NCBI GenBank assembly: GCA_010093745.1
Contig: MU005957.1
Coordinates: 682,001-726,567 of the forward strand
DNA: 44,567 bases
Direction: 5' to 3'
From: Piedraia hortae CBS 480.64
Lineage: Eukaryota
Shown: piece after piece, positions 22,139-32,234 of the stretch
Numbering within the stretch: position 1 is the first letter of the stretch
Layout of the letters: each line of letters opens with the position of its first letter
Notes under the pieces: model-generated
The model's database searches: none
What the model was told of the DNA's origin: nothing
The model's input: only the letters and a program-made list of their open reading frames with translations
Made by a program: the position numbers and the translations under genes

Positions 22139-23269
22139 CTACACAAACGCCCCAATCACCGCCGCCAGTTCTCTAATATCCTCGACCACCTGCCCCGGCC
22201 TCTCCCACGCGGGAAACCTCACCGTACCGGGTCTGTGTCTGAGGAGCGCAAGACGATGATACGCCTCGGCCCACTGCAGCGGCGCTACCGGCGTACTAAA
22301 TTGCGTGATCCCCAGGGGGACATTAACGTGGTTTAACCACAGACTAGCCGCGAGTGCGGCTGAATTCGCGACCCAGCGAAGCGCTACCTCCGGCCCGGAG
22401 AGCCAGTATACCATCGTCCAGTTTAGGATTGCGGTTGGGGACCAGGATTCGGGTTCGTCGGTGGACATTGCTTGGGAATGGGACGAGGCGGGGGAGGTGG
22501 GGGTGCTGCTTGTTGGGGGTAGAGGACGGATTGCGTCGAGGATGTAAGCTAGTAATCCTGGTGGGGAGTCGCAGAGGGCGTAGGCCATGGTTTGGAGGCC
22601 TTCGGCTGGTGGGGAGCGGGGGGCAGGGACTTCGGGGTTGACAGTGTGGATTGCGAGACAGCTTTCTTGGTGGGCTAAGGCTAACATGCGACAGATGTTG
22701 AAGGCCCAGCCGGATCCGTGCACCATGTATCGACCGTAGCCGAGGGATTTCATCAACGTGTCAAAGAGGGCGGCCGTTGTGGGGACTGAGTTGCCTTCCT
22801 CGGGGACGGGGTCGCTTAGGCCAAACCCTGGGATGCTGGGAACGATGAGATGGAAGGCTGGACGGTGCTCGTCTATGGGGTCGCAGAGGGCGTCGATGAC
22901 TCGCTCCGCGGAGAGGAAGCTTTCTGGGAAGCCATGGATGAAGAGGAGGGGGATTGCGTGGGGTCTTTGAGATCGTCGGTGGACGAAATGGAGTCGCACT
23001 CCGGATATGAGGGCGCGGAATTGGGGTAGGTGTTCGTTGATGTAGGTTTCTTGTCTTCTCCAGTCATATTCTTCTAGCCAGTGATCGATCAGAGGCTCTA
23101 GCTGGGACTTGGTTACTCCAATGTCGGGTATGGGCCGACTGGACTGCGGCTCTCGCGGCAGTCGGGTTAACTCGAGTTTCTGCTTGGTCAGGTCCAGGTA
23201 GCGTTGGGAAACGTGCATTCGATATGGATGGACATGGCCAGACGCAGAGGCGGGTGGACGAGACGGCAT
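22139..23269 (-). CDS. Microsomal epoxide hydrolase-like alpha/beta hydrolase (EHN domain), catalytic residues apparently lost
   Basis: EHN N-terminus (KLELTRLP, HWLEEYDWRRQE, LPQF, LHFVH), LLFIHGFPESF, PSIPGFGLS and AYALCDSPPGLLAYI. Confidence 0.85.
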   Translation of the reverse strand: MPSRPPASASGHVHPYRMHVSQRYLDLTKQKLELTRLPREPQSSRPIPDIGVTKSQLEPLIDHWLEEYDWRRQETYINEHLPQFRALISGVRLHFVHRRSQRPHAIPLLFIHGFPESFLSAERVIDALCDPIDEHRPAFHLIVPSIPGFGLSDPVPEEGNSVPTTAALFDTLMKSLGYGRYMVHGSGWAFNICRMLALAHQESCLAIHTVNPEVPAPRSPPAEGLQTMAYALCDSPPGLLAYILDAIRPLPPTSSTPTSPASSHSQAMSTDEPESWSPTAILNWTMVYWLSGPEVALRWVANSAALAASLWLNHVNVPLGITQFSTPVAPLQWAEAYHRLALLRHRPGTVRFPAWERPGQVVEDIRELAAVIGAFV

Positions 23270-23798
23270 CTGCAATCACAATTTGGGGGGAAAAGGAACA
23301 TGGGAAAAAAAGAAACGTCATGGCCCATATGACCTTCTATTATTTTTTTTCCTATCTCATCATTAGGGTCCCGTTAGCTGAGATCCCTTGGCCGCACATG
23401 ACGGGTTTGATGATGTGAGGCGGATCAGCCGTTTCGAAATGCGATCGCCCTTTTGGGCCATGCAACGAACGGTCTCGCGTGGCCGCAGCCGGGTGGAGGG
23501 GCCCGGCAATATATTCGGGCCAATGGACAAACGTTTATTGATTAATCCTACAGCTACCGAGCTCGGCAGGAACCGCCATTGGGTCCGGCACATCTTCCAC
23601 GCTCAATTTTAGAGTTTGGATGGAAACGGGTCCGTCGCGTGGGTCAATCCATGTGGCGCTTCATCTTGGGGAAGCCAATCAGATTTTGAGCTGCTACTCT
23701 GACGCGCAAACGCGTGGCGTCTGGCCCACTGCAGCCGTCACACGCGTCATCATCCAACGGTCAGGCAGATGACACCTTCCCTCACCATAAAACTGGGA

Positions 23799-24446
23799 TC
23801 AGCAAAAATGTACCAGAATCTTCTGTCCAATTGCAGCCCATGATGATCCCCAAATCCTCTTCCATATTTCCATAAAGTGCCATAACATCGCTTTGTAAAG
23901 CACCTTTTCAATAAGAGCTTGCGAATCAACGAGAGATAGCTTCACCAAGATTGCTACAAAGACCGACACCATGAACGTCTGTCCAATGGTAATTATAATT
24001 GTACGCATCTTGCTATTATGCTTATGATGTCTTCTTCGACGGCCACCTTCGCGATGTATTTTTGGTTGTCCTTGAGCGCGTCTCTGCGAACCTTGTTGTT
24101 CGTGCGCATGTTCATCACGCCTACTTCTCCCGCTTCTTCTTTGGTTTCCCCAAAGTCCATCTAAATTCTGGTAAATAATTACGTGATTGTTCCGGTTCTC
24201 GTGTCTACCGCTTTTACTCTTGGTAATATTCAACGGTTCGACGTGATTCTCATGCCAAGGAGGATCGAGTAGGTCCATAATGTCCCGTAGAAGCAGTTTG
24301 TGTTTTTGACGGTCACTGAGCCTCGCAATTGCCCTATCGGCTGTTGATTCTGAGGTATGTTGGTCGTTTTCATCAGGTGGTCTTCTGCTTGTATGTGGAA
24401 CATTTTCACTCGCATTCGGGTGGGGGCGAGCTGTGGGCTCGCTCAT
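23799..24446 (-). CDS. Hypothetical orphan protein, basic/disordered with a C-terminal hydrophobic segment
   Basis: 215-aa ATG-started ORF in its own intergenic space, with a probable TM segment TIIITIGQTFMVSVFVAILVKLSLV. No family recognised. Confidence 0.45.
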   Translation of the reverse strand: MSEPTARPHPNASENVPHTSRRPPDENDQHTSESTADRAIARLSDRQKHKLLLRDIMDLLDPPWHENHVEPLNITKSKSGRHENRNNHVIIYQNLDGLWGNQRRSGRSRRDEHAHEQQGSQRRAQGQPKIHREGGRRRRHHKHNSKMRTIIITIGQTFMVSVFVAILVKLSLVDSQALIEKVLYKAMLWHFMEIWKRIWGSSWAAIGQKILVHFC

Positions 24447-24458
24447 GGTTCAGCAGGA

Positions 24459-24478
24459 ATATATATATATATATATAT
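24459..24478. repeat. (AT)n microsatellite
   Basis: About 10 AT units directly upstream of the orphan ATG at 24446. Confidence 0.9.
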
Positions 24479-24758
24479 TTAAGGGCTTTCTCAAAGAATT
24501 ATGCAAGGGAGAAAGACTGCATAGTGTTGGATTAAAGCCAATGCCAAAGAAAAATGGACACGTCGTGGGTGTTTGGACCACGTAAACAGACATGTTCACT
24601 GAAAGGAGCATTTGCCACGACTGGAAATGAGACCAATGTTTGCTTCGGTTCCCTCTGATTTGTGAGGCTGTATTCCTGTGAAACTGTCATGATTGTCAAA
24701 GGCTACCGCCAAGACAGTAATGACTTTGAACGATACGAAACGCTAGCAAAAATAAAAC

Positions 24759-25567
24759 TCACATGAACACGCTTCCGCTGTAGCCGGATGTGCTGCCACG
24801 GCCCCTTTCATAGAGCCACTTTGTGTTTAATCCCACACTGGCGCGATTGTTCTTACTTGGGGTAGCCACGCCGCCTTCTCTGTCACTCAAGCCTAGGGGT
24901 GAGCCGCGTGAGACCCAGGGCTCAAGCTCCCCAGAGTTACGGGATGGAGCACGTGGGGAAGCTTTGAACGGCGACTCTGACGTGCTGCGGTGGAACGAAG
25001 CGCCCCTACCTTGGGGTGTTGAGTTGCGTGAATAGCGAGGCGGAGTAACCCACTGAGCCTGCTCATGAGGAGTAGCTGGGCGAGACATGGGTGGTAAGCC
25101 AAGTAGCTTCCGTTGTGCAGGCGTAAGTGGTATATCCTCGCACGTGTCTGGCGATTGATATAGCGGTTTGAAAGCAATGACCATATTAACGAGAAAGAAA
25201 GCCCGCAGTAGGTTGAGGAAATATGATGAATAGGGCTCGGCGTAGCGAACAAAGGCGATCGGGAGACTGACAGTCAGATCGGGCCCTCATCTGTGTGCTC
25301 AGAAACTTACCATGCCTCTGCCATTCGTGGCACAAGGAAACTCAGAACAATGAGCAAAGCATTGATGATGACTGTGCCCAGGTGTCGTGAATCGAAGACT
25401 GATGCGCGCTGCCGTTGTAGAACCTCTTCCATGCGTGGATGCTGCCACCGTCCGGGTGTAGAAACCGCCGCTGGTCCTGGCCGGGGAGGACTCATGTTCT
25501 CTCGAGGAGTAGAAGGTGACTTGATGGGAGAGATACGAGAGTTGCTGCGTACAAGCGTGGCCGACAT
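24759..25567 (-). CDS. POM34: Transmembrane nucleoporin Pom34 (NPCC family), 2 exons
   Basis: STPGRWQHPRMEEV, two TM segments, DIPLTPAQRKLLGL, TPPRYSR and SVGLNTKWLYERGR. Intron 25267-25310. Confidence 0.85.
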
Positions 25568-25621
25568 GGTGTTGTCTGCGTTGCTCTTGACGTCCCGCGA
25601 GTCATGCCACGTCCGGGGTAA

Positions 25622-25668
25622 ATGACTCATGACTCATGTGCAGCGTCATTGATGTCATGGCTTAGTCA
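25622..25668. promoter_or_regulatory. Tandem Gcn4/CpcA (AP-1-type) elements in a divergent promoter
   Basis: ATGACTCATGACTCAT gives TGACTCA at 25623-29 and 25630-36. TTAGTCA lies at 25662-68. Confidence 0.6.
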
Positions 25669-25739
25669 TCGCACACGTCACCGAACTGGAAACCTGAACG
25701 GAAGATAGGGCCATTTGCTGATCATCGAATCTTGTAAAC

Positions 25740-27368
25740 ATGGCTGCGAGACTTCTCGAGCGTGCTGACGAGAAACTCGCTGAGCTCCTCGCTGATTGGA
25801 ATTGGCTGAGCACCATTTTGATCGTTGGCATCGTTGGATTATTGGTTTACCCACTGATATTCCCTGACGAGCCTGATACGCATCCGCTCATACTTGCTCG
25901 TCAAACTCATGCTAGCCCTGTTCGCAACAAGTTTGAAAGCGCAGTATATCGCTCTCCCGAAGTTCCTCATGGCGGTTCTCTTCGTTCCGGACTTGTAGTC
26001 AAGGACGATAGATCCCCGCGATGGGCTGCTGGTCGAGATGGTGATATGCGAGACGTTTGGCGACAGGCTCTCAAAGGTACTGGCAGTATCATGTCAATAA
26101 TGGGCACCGAAATAATCACGCATGACAAGGAAGCGATGAACAAAAAAATCGACACCATGGGCCGCTTTTTCCAGACTTCTGGAGTGCGTAGGATGGCAAT
26201 TTATATGCCCAACAGCATCGAATATCTCGAAACATTGTTTGCCTGCGTTTTATATGGCATCGTCCCGGTGATGCTTCCATATAACCAGCCTCACCGAAAG
26301 GTTTATGAACTACTAAACGAGACTGCTGCTGATGGCATTGTTGCTGCAGCCGCCAGCCTTCCATTAGATCATGTCAAAGAAGCCTGCAGTGCAGTTCACT
26401 TTGTGACCTGGATTGTTGAAGACTCCAGCCGTCAGATGGATTGGAACACTTCGATCCCAGGTCTCAAAGTTTTTACTTGGCACACAGTTACCGAAGTCAA
26501 TGCCAACGCCAAGCTTGCAGACAAAGTGCCTGATGTGGTAAATGTGTGGCAGCCAGCCAATCCACAGGCTCAGGCTGAAGTTGTCACGTTTAGTCAGGCA
26601 AATATCAGCTCCGCTACGGCGGCTCTCATGTCGGCTCTGCCACTTCGTCAACGCTATAATGCTGCAGATCTAGTCTTGCCGGCTGACAGCTTTTCCCACA
26701 ACTACGTATTGTGCCAAACTCTGGCTGCTCTGTTCTCCCATTGCTCACTCGCCGTCACGTCTGTTGCCAGTCCTGGTGTGGATTTGGCCTCGGCGTCGCG
26801 CAGTGCTAGCCCAACCATTATCATCGCGTCTGCCGAATCACTAGCTACTCTTCATCAAGAAGAATCCGGCCAAAAACTTTCTCTCCCACAGAAACTTGCC
26901 AAAGCCTCAGCCAATGCGGCTCTAGCGGCCGGACGCATGCCAACGGATACTCTTATCACCAAGGCACTTGTCCCATCTTCTTCTGCGACCCTCACTCCAC
27001 CAGGCCGTCTCCGTCTCATACTCACATCTTCTCGCATTGGCACCAGCCCGATTCTAACATCGGCCATGCTTTCAGATCTACGCATCTTAACCCGTGCTCG
27101 CATTTGCGATGCTTTGACTGCTCCAAAAGTTGCCGGTGCTGTTGCTCAAACCCACGTCTTTGATTATAGACGGGAGGAGAACAAGGTACACTTTGGTATC
27201 CCTCTTAGCTCAGTTGAGATAAAATTGGTTTCGAAACACGATGAAGATGTTGAGGGCTCACAGCCGAGGGGCGAGATTGTTGTTACCGGCCCAGCTGTAA
27301 GTGGTAAGAGTGTGCAACTGCCTATACAGGGGACGATCACGGCCCAAGGGACGTTGGCCTTGGTATGA
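25740..27368 (+). CDS. Membrane-anchored AMP-binding (acyl-CoA synthetase-like) protein, degenerate
   Basis: N-terminal TM helix, then MAIYMPNSIEYL, HFGIPLSSVEIKL and GEIVVTGPAV. The canonical TSGSTGxPK loop is absent. Confidence 0.75.
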   Translation: MAARLLERADEKLAELLADWNWLSTILIVGIVGLLVYPLIFPDEPDTHPLILARQTHASPVRNKFESAVYRSPEVPHGGSLRSGLVVKDDRSPRWAAGRDGDMRDVWRQALKGTGSIMSIMGTEIITHDKEAMNKKIDTMGRFFQTSGVRRMAIYMPNSIEYLETLFACVLYGIVPVMLPYNQPHRKVYELLNETAADGIVAAAASLPLDHVKEACSAVHFVTWIVEDSSRQMDWNTSIPGLKVFTWHTVTEVNANAKLADKVPDVVNVWQPANPQAQAEVVTFSQANISSATAALMSALPLRQRYNAADLVLPADSFSHNYVLCQTLAALFSHCSLAVTSVASPGVDLASASRSASPTIIIASAESLATLHQEESGQKLSLPQKLAKASANAALAAGRMPTDTLITKALVPSSSATLTPPGRLRLILTSSRIGTSPILTSAMLSDLRILTRARICDALTAPKVAGAVAQTHVFDYRREENKVHFGIPLSSVEIKLVSKHDEDVEGSQPRGEIVVTGPAVSGKSVQLPIQGTITAQGTLALV

Positions 27369-27654
27369 AGTGATACGTAGTTATGTCTGATTAATGAGTA
27401 CAATGAAGTTTCAATAGTTCGCCATTTGGCATGGTTGGGCCGAGACACAGCCAGAAGGCTAGCTATATACCCACGACAATCTAAGCAACAACCCACTCAC
27501 ATACATGGTGTTAAGCCAAGAGTATTGCAGGAACAGGTTCTCTGTAAATCAGTGAAGTTTTGCTCAAAAGTGTTTCCATTACCACAACAGAAACTCTCTG
27601 TCATAGTTCAACCTCGGATGCTGCTTAGTCACCAATACTATCAACTCCATCAAC

Positions 27655-29490
27655 ATGTCTAACAGACTGGCGACATTGTTACGTGCCCTACAATTCTATA
27701 GTCCGGAGCAGGATACGGCTCTGCTACTCGGATCTGCCTCATCCATCCTTGCCGGATTGAACAATCCCCTCAACATCACCACTCTCTCCCGACTTCTTCT
27801 CACTGCACCAGCAATATGGACTTCCCCCGACCTCCGAACCTCGTTACGCTGTTTCAGCGCTTTCCATTCTGCTGTGCAAAGTTCGTCAGGCCATGGTGAC
27901 GAATGGGTTGCCGCAGCTATAGCGGGTGCAGATGAGTCTTCACCGAGATGGAGACATGCCCTGATTCTCGGAGGATTACTTTTAGCTAATCCCCGGGCTA
28001 GAGTGTTAGAAGCAAGCTTCGTGTCAGCTGTCAATGCAGCACTTGCCGATGATGAGCACAGCGATCTTGCGCGTTTGACCATCACACTGGTGCTGACTTA
28101 TTGCTTCCCTGCACTCTCTCCAAGTGCACGCGAAAAATTGGATCACAATCGATTACTTCCTGTACTTATGCTCTCTTTACTTGAAGGACTACATTCAGGG
28201 TACTTTCTCGGTGCGATTGAGCCTGATATTCAAGCGCTGGGTGACAAGATCCATTGGGATGTGAAATCCCCTTCTTACCGGCAAGTCGAAACCATGGTCT
28301 CGAGCCCATTGGTCTCAATCCTAGGACCTCTAACGCAATTAATCGGACATACGATCGAGCATGTCCGCAATGCACGCATGGTAGAAGCTGCTGTGGAAGA
28401 CGTGCGAGAACTGTCACGTATCATCTACTTACAATGGCGGCAGACTCGATTTTCTGGTGTTGAGTCATCAACAGAGACAGAACTTGAAGATGCAGATACC
28501 CATAGTAAAACTGTCCCCACGCTATGGAAGCTCCTACGGTCCATCCTCTACGGCCTTGTCGTTATACTTCGAAGTGCAGTCTCACGTCTCCTCATCACAC
28601 CTTCTCTCAATGCACCACAGACATCAACCGCCATCCTCCACACTCTACGACATGTTTACTTCATCACCACCCGTGTAGGGACCTTTAGCGGGTACTCATT
28701 TGTCTGGTTGACCTCTCTAGACATTCTCGCCGCATTCCCTCGCGAAGCGCAGAAATTCGTCCACTCCATCCAGTCAGAAGTTGTGGGCACTATCCCCTCT
28801 CACGCATTAGACAGACTAGGGGACCTATTCTTCTTCAACGTGGCGGAGCATCTCGTCCCCGTTCTACCCTTGGACATGGCAGAAGGTACAATCCTCGCAT
28901 CAGCAACACCCTACATCACCACCAACAACCCCACCACCGACCCCAACAGTAAACGAGAAATATTTGAGGCGGCCCACAGCGCGATGCTATCCGTCTTCTG
29001 TGCCGAGCAAAACGTCCTAATAGCAGCCAAATGGATCCCGTCATACACCCAATCCCTCTTCGACTCCTTCCCAGCTCAAATGTCACACCGCCAATTCCGC
29101 TTCGCATTCGCGACGCTAATCCGCACTGCATCACCCCCGGGGAAACTTTACGTTAGCGAACCCATGTTAGCGGGAATTCTACTTGAAATTCTCGCTCAGC
29201 GCGCAAGGGATGCTGCGTCACTACCCATGCCGGAGGTTGAAGATGGAATTAGATCCCAACGCGCGGTTTATATCCTCGCAATTGTGGACTCGCTGCCGCA
29301 GGTTTCGGTTAATTTGTTGGAGGAGTGGCTCCCACTTGTGGCGAGGTTGATTAGATCTGTTCCGCCAGGGGATAGGGAAATTTGTCAGGGAAGGTTGTGG
29401 GAGGTTTTTGGAGAGATGGATCCGCAGAGGGCGAAGATTTGTGCGGGCTGGTGGGGCACGTTTGGTGGGAGGGAGTTGGTTTTGGGTTAG
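27655..29490 (+). CDS. PEX8: Peroxin Pex8
   Basis: LLGSASSILAGLNNPLNITTLS, GADESSPRWRHALILGGLL, DLFFFNVAEH, FEAAHSAMLSVF, MSHRQFRFAF and WWGTFGGRELVL match filamentous-fungal Pex8. Confidence 0.88.
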   Translation: MSNRLATLLRALQFYSPEQDTALLLGSASSILAGLNNPLNITTLSRLLLTAPAIWTSPDLRTSLRCFSAFHSAVQSSSGHGDEWVAAAIAGADESSPRWRHALILGGLLLANPRARVLEASFVSAVNAALADDEHSDLARLTITLVLTYCFPALSPSAREKLDHNRLLPVLMLSLLEGLHSGYFLGAIEPDIQALGDKIHWDVKSPSYRQVETMVSSPLVSILGPLTQLIGHTIEHVRNARMVEAAVEDVRELSRIIYLQWRQTRFSGVESSTETELEDADTHSKTVPTLWKLLRSILYGLVVILRSAVSRLLITPSLNAPQTSTAILHTLRHVYFITTRVGTFSGYSFVWLTSLDILAAFPREAQKFVHSIQSEVVGTIPSHALDRLGDLFFFNVAEHLVPVLPLDMAEGTILASATPYITTNNPTTDPNSKREIFEAAHSAMLSVFCAEQNVLIAAKWIPSYTQSLFDSFPAQMSHRQFRFAFATLIRTASPPGKLYVSEPMLAGILLEILAQRARDAASLPMPEVEDGIRSQRAVYILAIVDSLPQVSVNLLEEWLPLVARLIRSVPPGDREICQGRLWEVFGEMDPQRAKICAGWWGTFGGRELVLG

Positions 29491-29956
29491 GGTGGTGATG
29501 GGAAGGGGGCTAGAGGCAATCATGCGAGCTGTGGTGTGCCATTGTTTAAGACCAAGATGCCCAGATTGATCGCTGGATGAATTTCGATGCCTCAATCGAG
29601 GATGACTGAAAGATGATTCAGGAAAAGATATAAGAGAAAGTAATTGAAAAAAAAAGTGCATAATTGTACAAGATAAGCCACGATGTAATATATTGGAAAG
29701 ATGGTGCGTTTGCCACGATAAAAGCTTGAGATATTGCATCTCTATCGAGATTACCATCTGCAGACTTGTATTCTAGCCCCCTGCTTGATTAACACAATGT
29801 AACCCACCAAAGCCTGTAAGGTTCAAGTGACAGCTGTCCAATCAAAGAAGCAGCACACTTTACGTGGGACCAAACCCCCCTCTGCACAACGCACAACCAC
29901 ATCACGTGACATACTCCAACGCCGACCCATCACCCATCGACAGCTTCCCAGCGAAA

Positions 29957-30800
29957 ATGTACAACAACCTCGTGCGCCTACAGAATGTATTCGGCTACCT
30001 CTCCAGCGTAGCCTTTGCCGTTGCGGGTGTAATCGCAGTCAGCGTAGTATTATTCCGCCAGGACCCCACCGCGTCTCTCGCTCTGCGCAATGTCCAGGTG
30101 TATTACCATCCCCACCTACTGGAATCAACCACCAACTAACCTGCGAAGGGTAAGAGGCCGACCGCACTACTATTCCACGAAGCGGGAAGAATATGCGCAC
30201 ATTCGTTTCGATCTTGATGCTGGTATTGCCATCCCTCAAAGGAACGACCTATACTAATATAACTCAGACCTGAGCTCCCTATTCAACTACAACACAAAGC
30301 AAGTATTCTTGTACATTACAGCATCATATCCCTCCTCCGACCCCGCGAGGGTCCCCAACTCAGAGTCTATAATCTGGGACGCGATTATTCCATCGGAATT
30401 AGCACTAACCCTCGACCATCCCAATACATACATCCACCCGACCACTCCAGGGGCAACAGGGCGAAGAAGTAAGCTCCGCACGAAGAACAAGCCTTACCCC
30501 ACGGGTACGCAGCCAGGAATCGTGCGCCTTCAGAACCAGAAACCAAAGTATCAGATCACCGATATCTCTGGTCGGATGGCTGAGCGCGCGAACGCGACGC
30601 TACACCTCCACTGGAACATCCAGCCGTGGGTGGGGTTCCTAACATGGGACAAAGCCCACCCAATCGGGAAATGGAAACCCCTCGAAGGCAACACCTCCCC
30701 AGAGTTCACCTTCCCCGTCCTCAAAGGAACAGGCAACATCCCCAAAGAAGACCTCAAAACCGAAACCGGCGCGGAGCGAAACAGGGGCAGTCCCGCCTAA
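29957..30800 (+). CDS. SPC3: Signal peptidase complex subunit Spc3 (SPC22/23), 3 exons
   Basis: MYNNLVRLQNVFG, a TM segment, NVQV|VRGRPHYY, FDLDA|DLSSLFNYNTKQVFLY, IIWDAII and LHWNIQPWVG. Introns 30100-30148 and 30223-30267. Confidence 0.93.
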
Positions 30801-30816
30801 TCATGCAAACAAAACC

Positions 30817-31728
30817 TCACGACCTATAAAAATCCAACCGTTTCTTCTCCTTCTTCTCCCTCCTCTTCTTCACCAACGCCTGCAATTCCGCTTTCGAAAG
30901 TTTCATCTGCCTCCTCTCATCTTTTAGTGATTTTCCACCATGCGCATTCGCAGCAGCATCAACATCAAAGAATGCATTCATCTGTCTCTGACTCTTGTTC
31001 CAATCGTTATGCCGCTCCGCTGCTCCCTCCCCTTCAGGCTCAAACCGTCCCGTGAACCTATTAAACGCCGCTGTAGCGGAATACATGGCGGTGGCAGTAG
31101 CATCCCTACCCTGAACCCCCTCTTCCGTCTCAGTATCGGGATGTTGGTGGAATTTCGCGTAATCCGCGTTAGGGTCGAAGTCACCGTGAATTTTGGGGTC
31201 GTAGCCTTTATATTCCCGCCTCTCGGCCCACGGGGTGGAAGGCTGTTGCAGTCCTGAAGCGTGGACGTTGTTGGTTAAAGAATCCCAGATCCAGTACGGT
31301 TCACCAGGTTCGTCCCACCTCGTCTCCCGCGTGTCGAAGTGGATGAAATAGTAATCCTGACCGCCTGCGGCGGTGGGGGTGAAGGAGCATTTGCACCATT
31401 TGAAGGTGGATTTATCTTCTGCTGGGGGTTCTTCTAGGGTTTCGGATGAGGCTTGCTCTTTGGATTTGCCTTTATCCTGCTCAGAATTAGTTAGTGGGTT
31501 GAGGGCGAGGGGAGAGATGGCGAACCCGATCGATAATAGTTTTCTTTTGATTCCCGTCCTCAGAATCAGTATGATCTTCCTTGGGCTTTGCGTTTGGGAT
31601 CAGCGATGGGATTAAATATGCTCATGATTTTGGTATACTCTCGTCTCGCCTGATGATGATACTCCGCACGGCATGGGCGCACTTTTCGCTTCTTGGGGAC
31701 CGGGAGTTGGGGATTTGGTGAGCGTCAT
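30817..31728 (-). CDS. Fungal WW-domain-containing protein, probably 3 exons
   Basis: Predicted introns 31586-31638 and 31477-31525. Motifs YYFIHFDTRETRWDEP (WW-like), GYDPKIHGDFDPNADYA, FNRFTGRF and QMNAFFDVDAAANAH. The 5' exons are less certain. Confidence 0.75.
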
Positions 31729-31939
31729 CGTGTGTGTAAGTGTTTGGCGTTGGGCCAAAAGGTCGATGTAGGGTGGGCCGGGTCGGGCCGCGGCCGAGTT
31801 CTAAGCTTTGTGCGTATGTATGCGCGTGTGATTGTACATATAAATCGTACCATGTGTATTGTCATGATCCTTGCCCTTTGAATTCTTGGTGGTGTTGCAC
31901 TGTGCTTGGGTTGAAAGTGAAGAAACCACTGTCATTTGT

Positions 31940-32185
31940 CCAGTTGTAGTAATCATGCTTTCTGTTCTTCAAATTCTAAGGTCAGTCATATCAATATAGG
32001 CAAGACCGTTCTCGTCCTGGCTCAATTCAAGGCCTCGATGGTGCCTTTAGACTGCCTACCTGCCGCATACCGACCAGACGATTTGGTGACCCGTTACGCC
32101 TAAATGCTTAAAAGTATTGACCCATCAATCTTCATCATGTTCCTGGTGCCTTGCACTGACATCTCGCTGGAGGCCTTTGGCTTCT
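31940..32185 (-). repeat. Diverged duplicate of the CDC23 3' end (last 19 codons + stop) and 3' UTR; copy A
   Basis: Aligns to 33525-33781 at roughly 83-84% identity in the alignable blocks. Encodes [19 protein letters not shown] versus CDC23 [19 protein letters not shown]. Confidence 0.92.
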
Positions 32186-32234
32186 ATGTGGGAAAAAAGA
32201 TTGCCTGGTATCACAAATGATGTTATCCCCCCCC

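Noticed and set aside
19895..27368. Possible secondary-metabolite or detox cluster (monooxygenase, epoxide hydrolase, AMP-binding protein)
   Set aside because: No backbone synthase, transporter or cluster transcription factor. One member is a pseudogene, two lack catalytic motifs, and POM34 interrupts the group.
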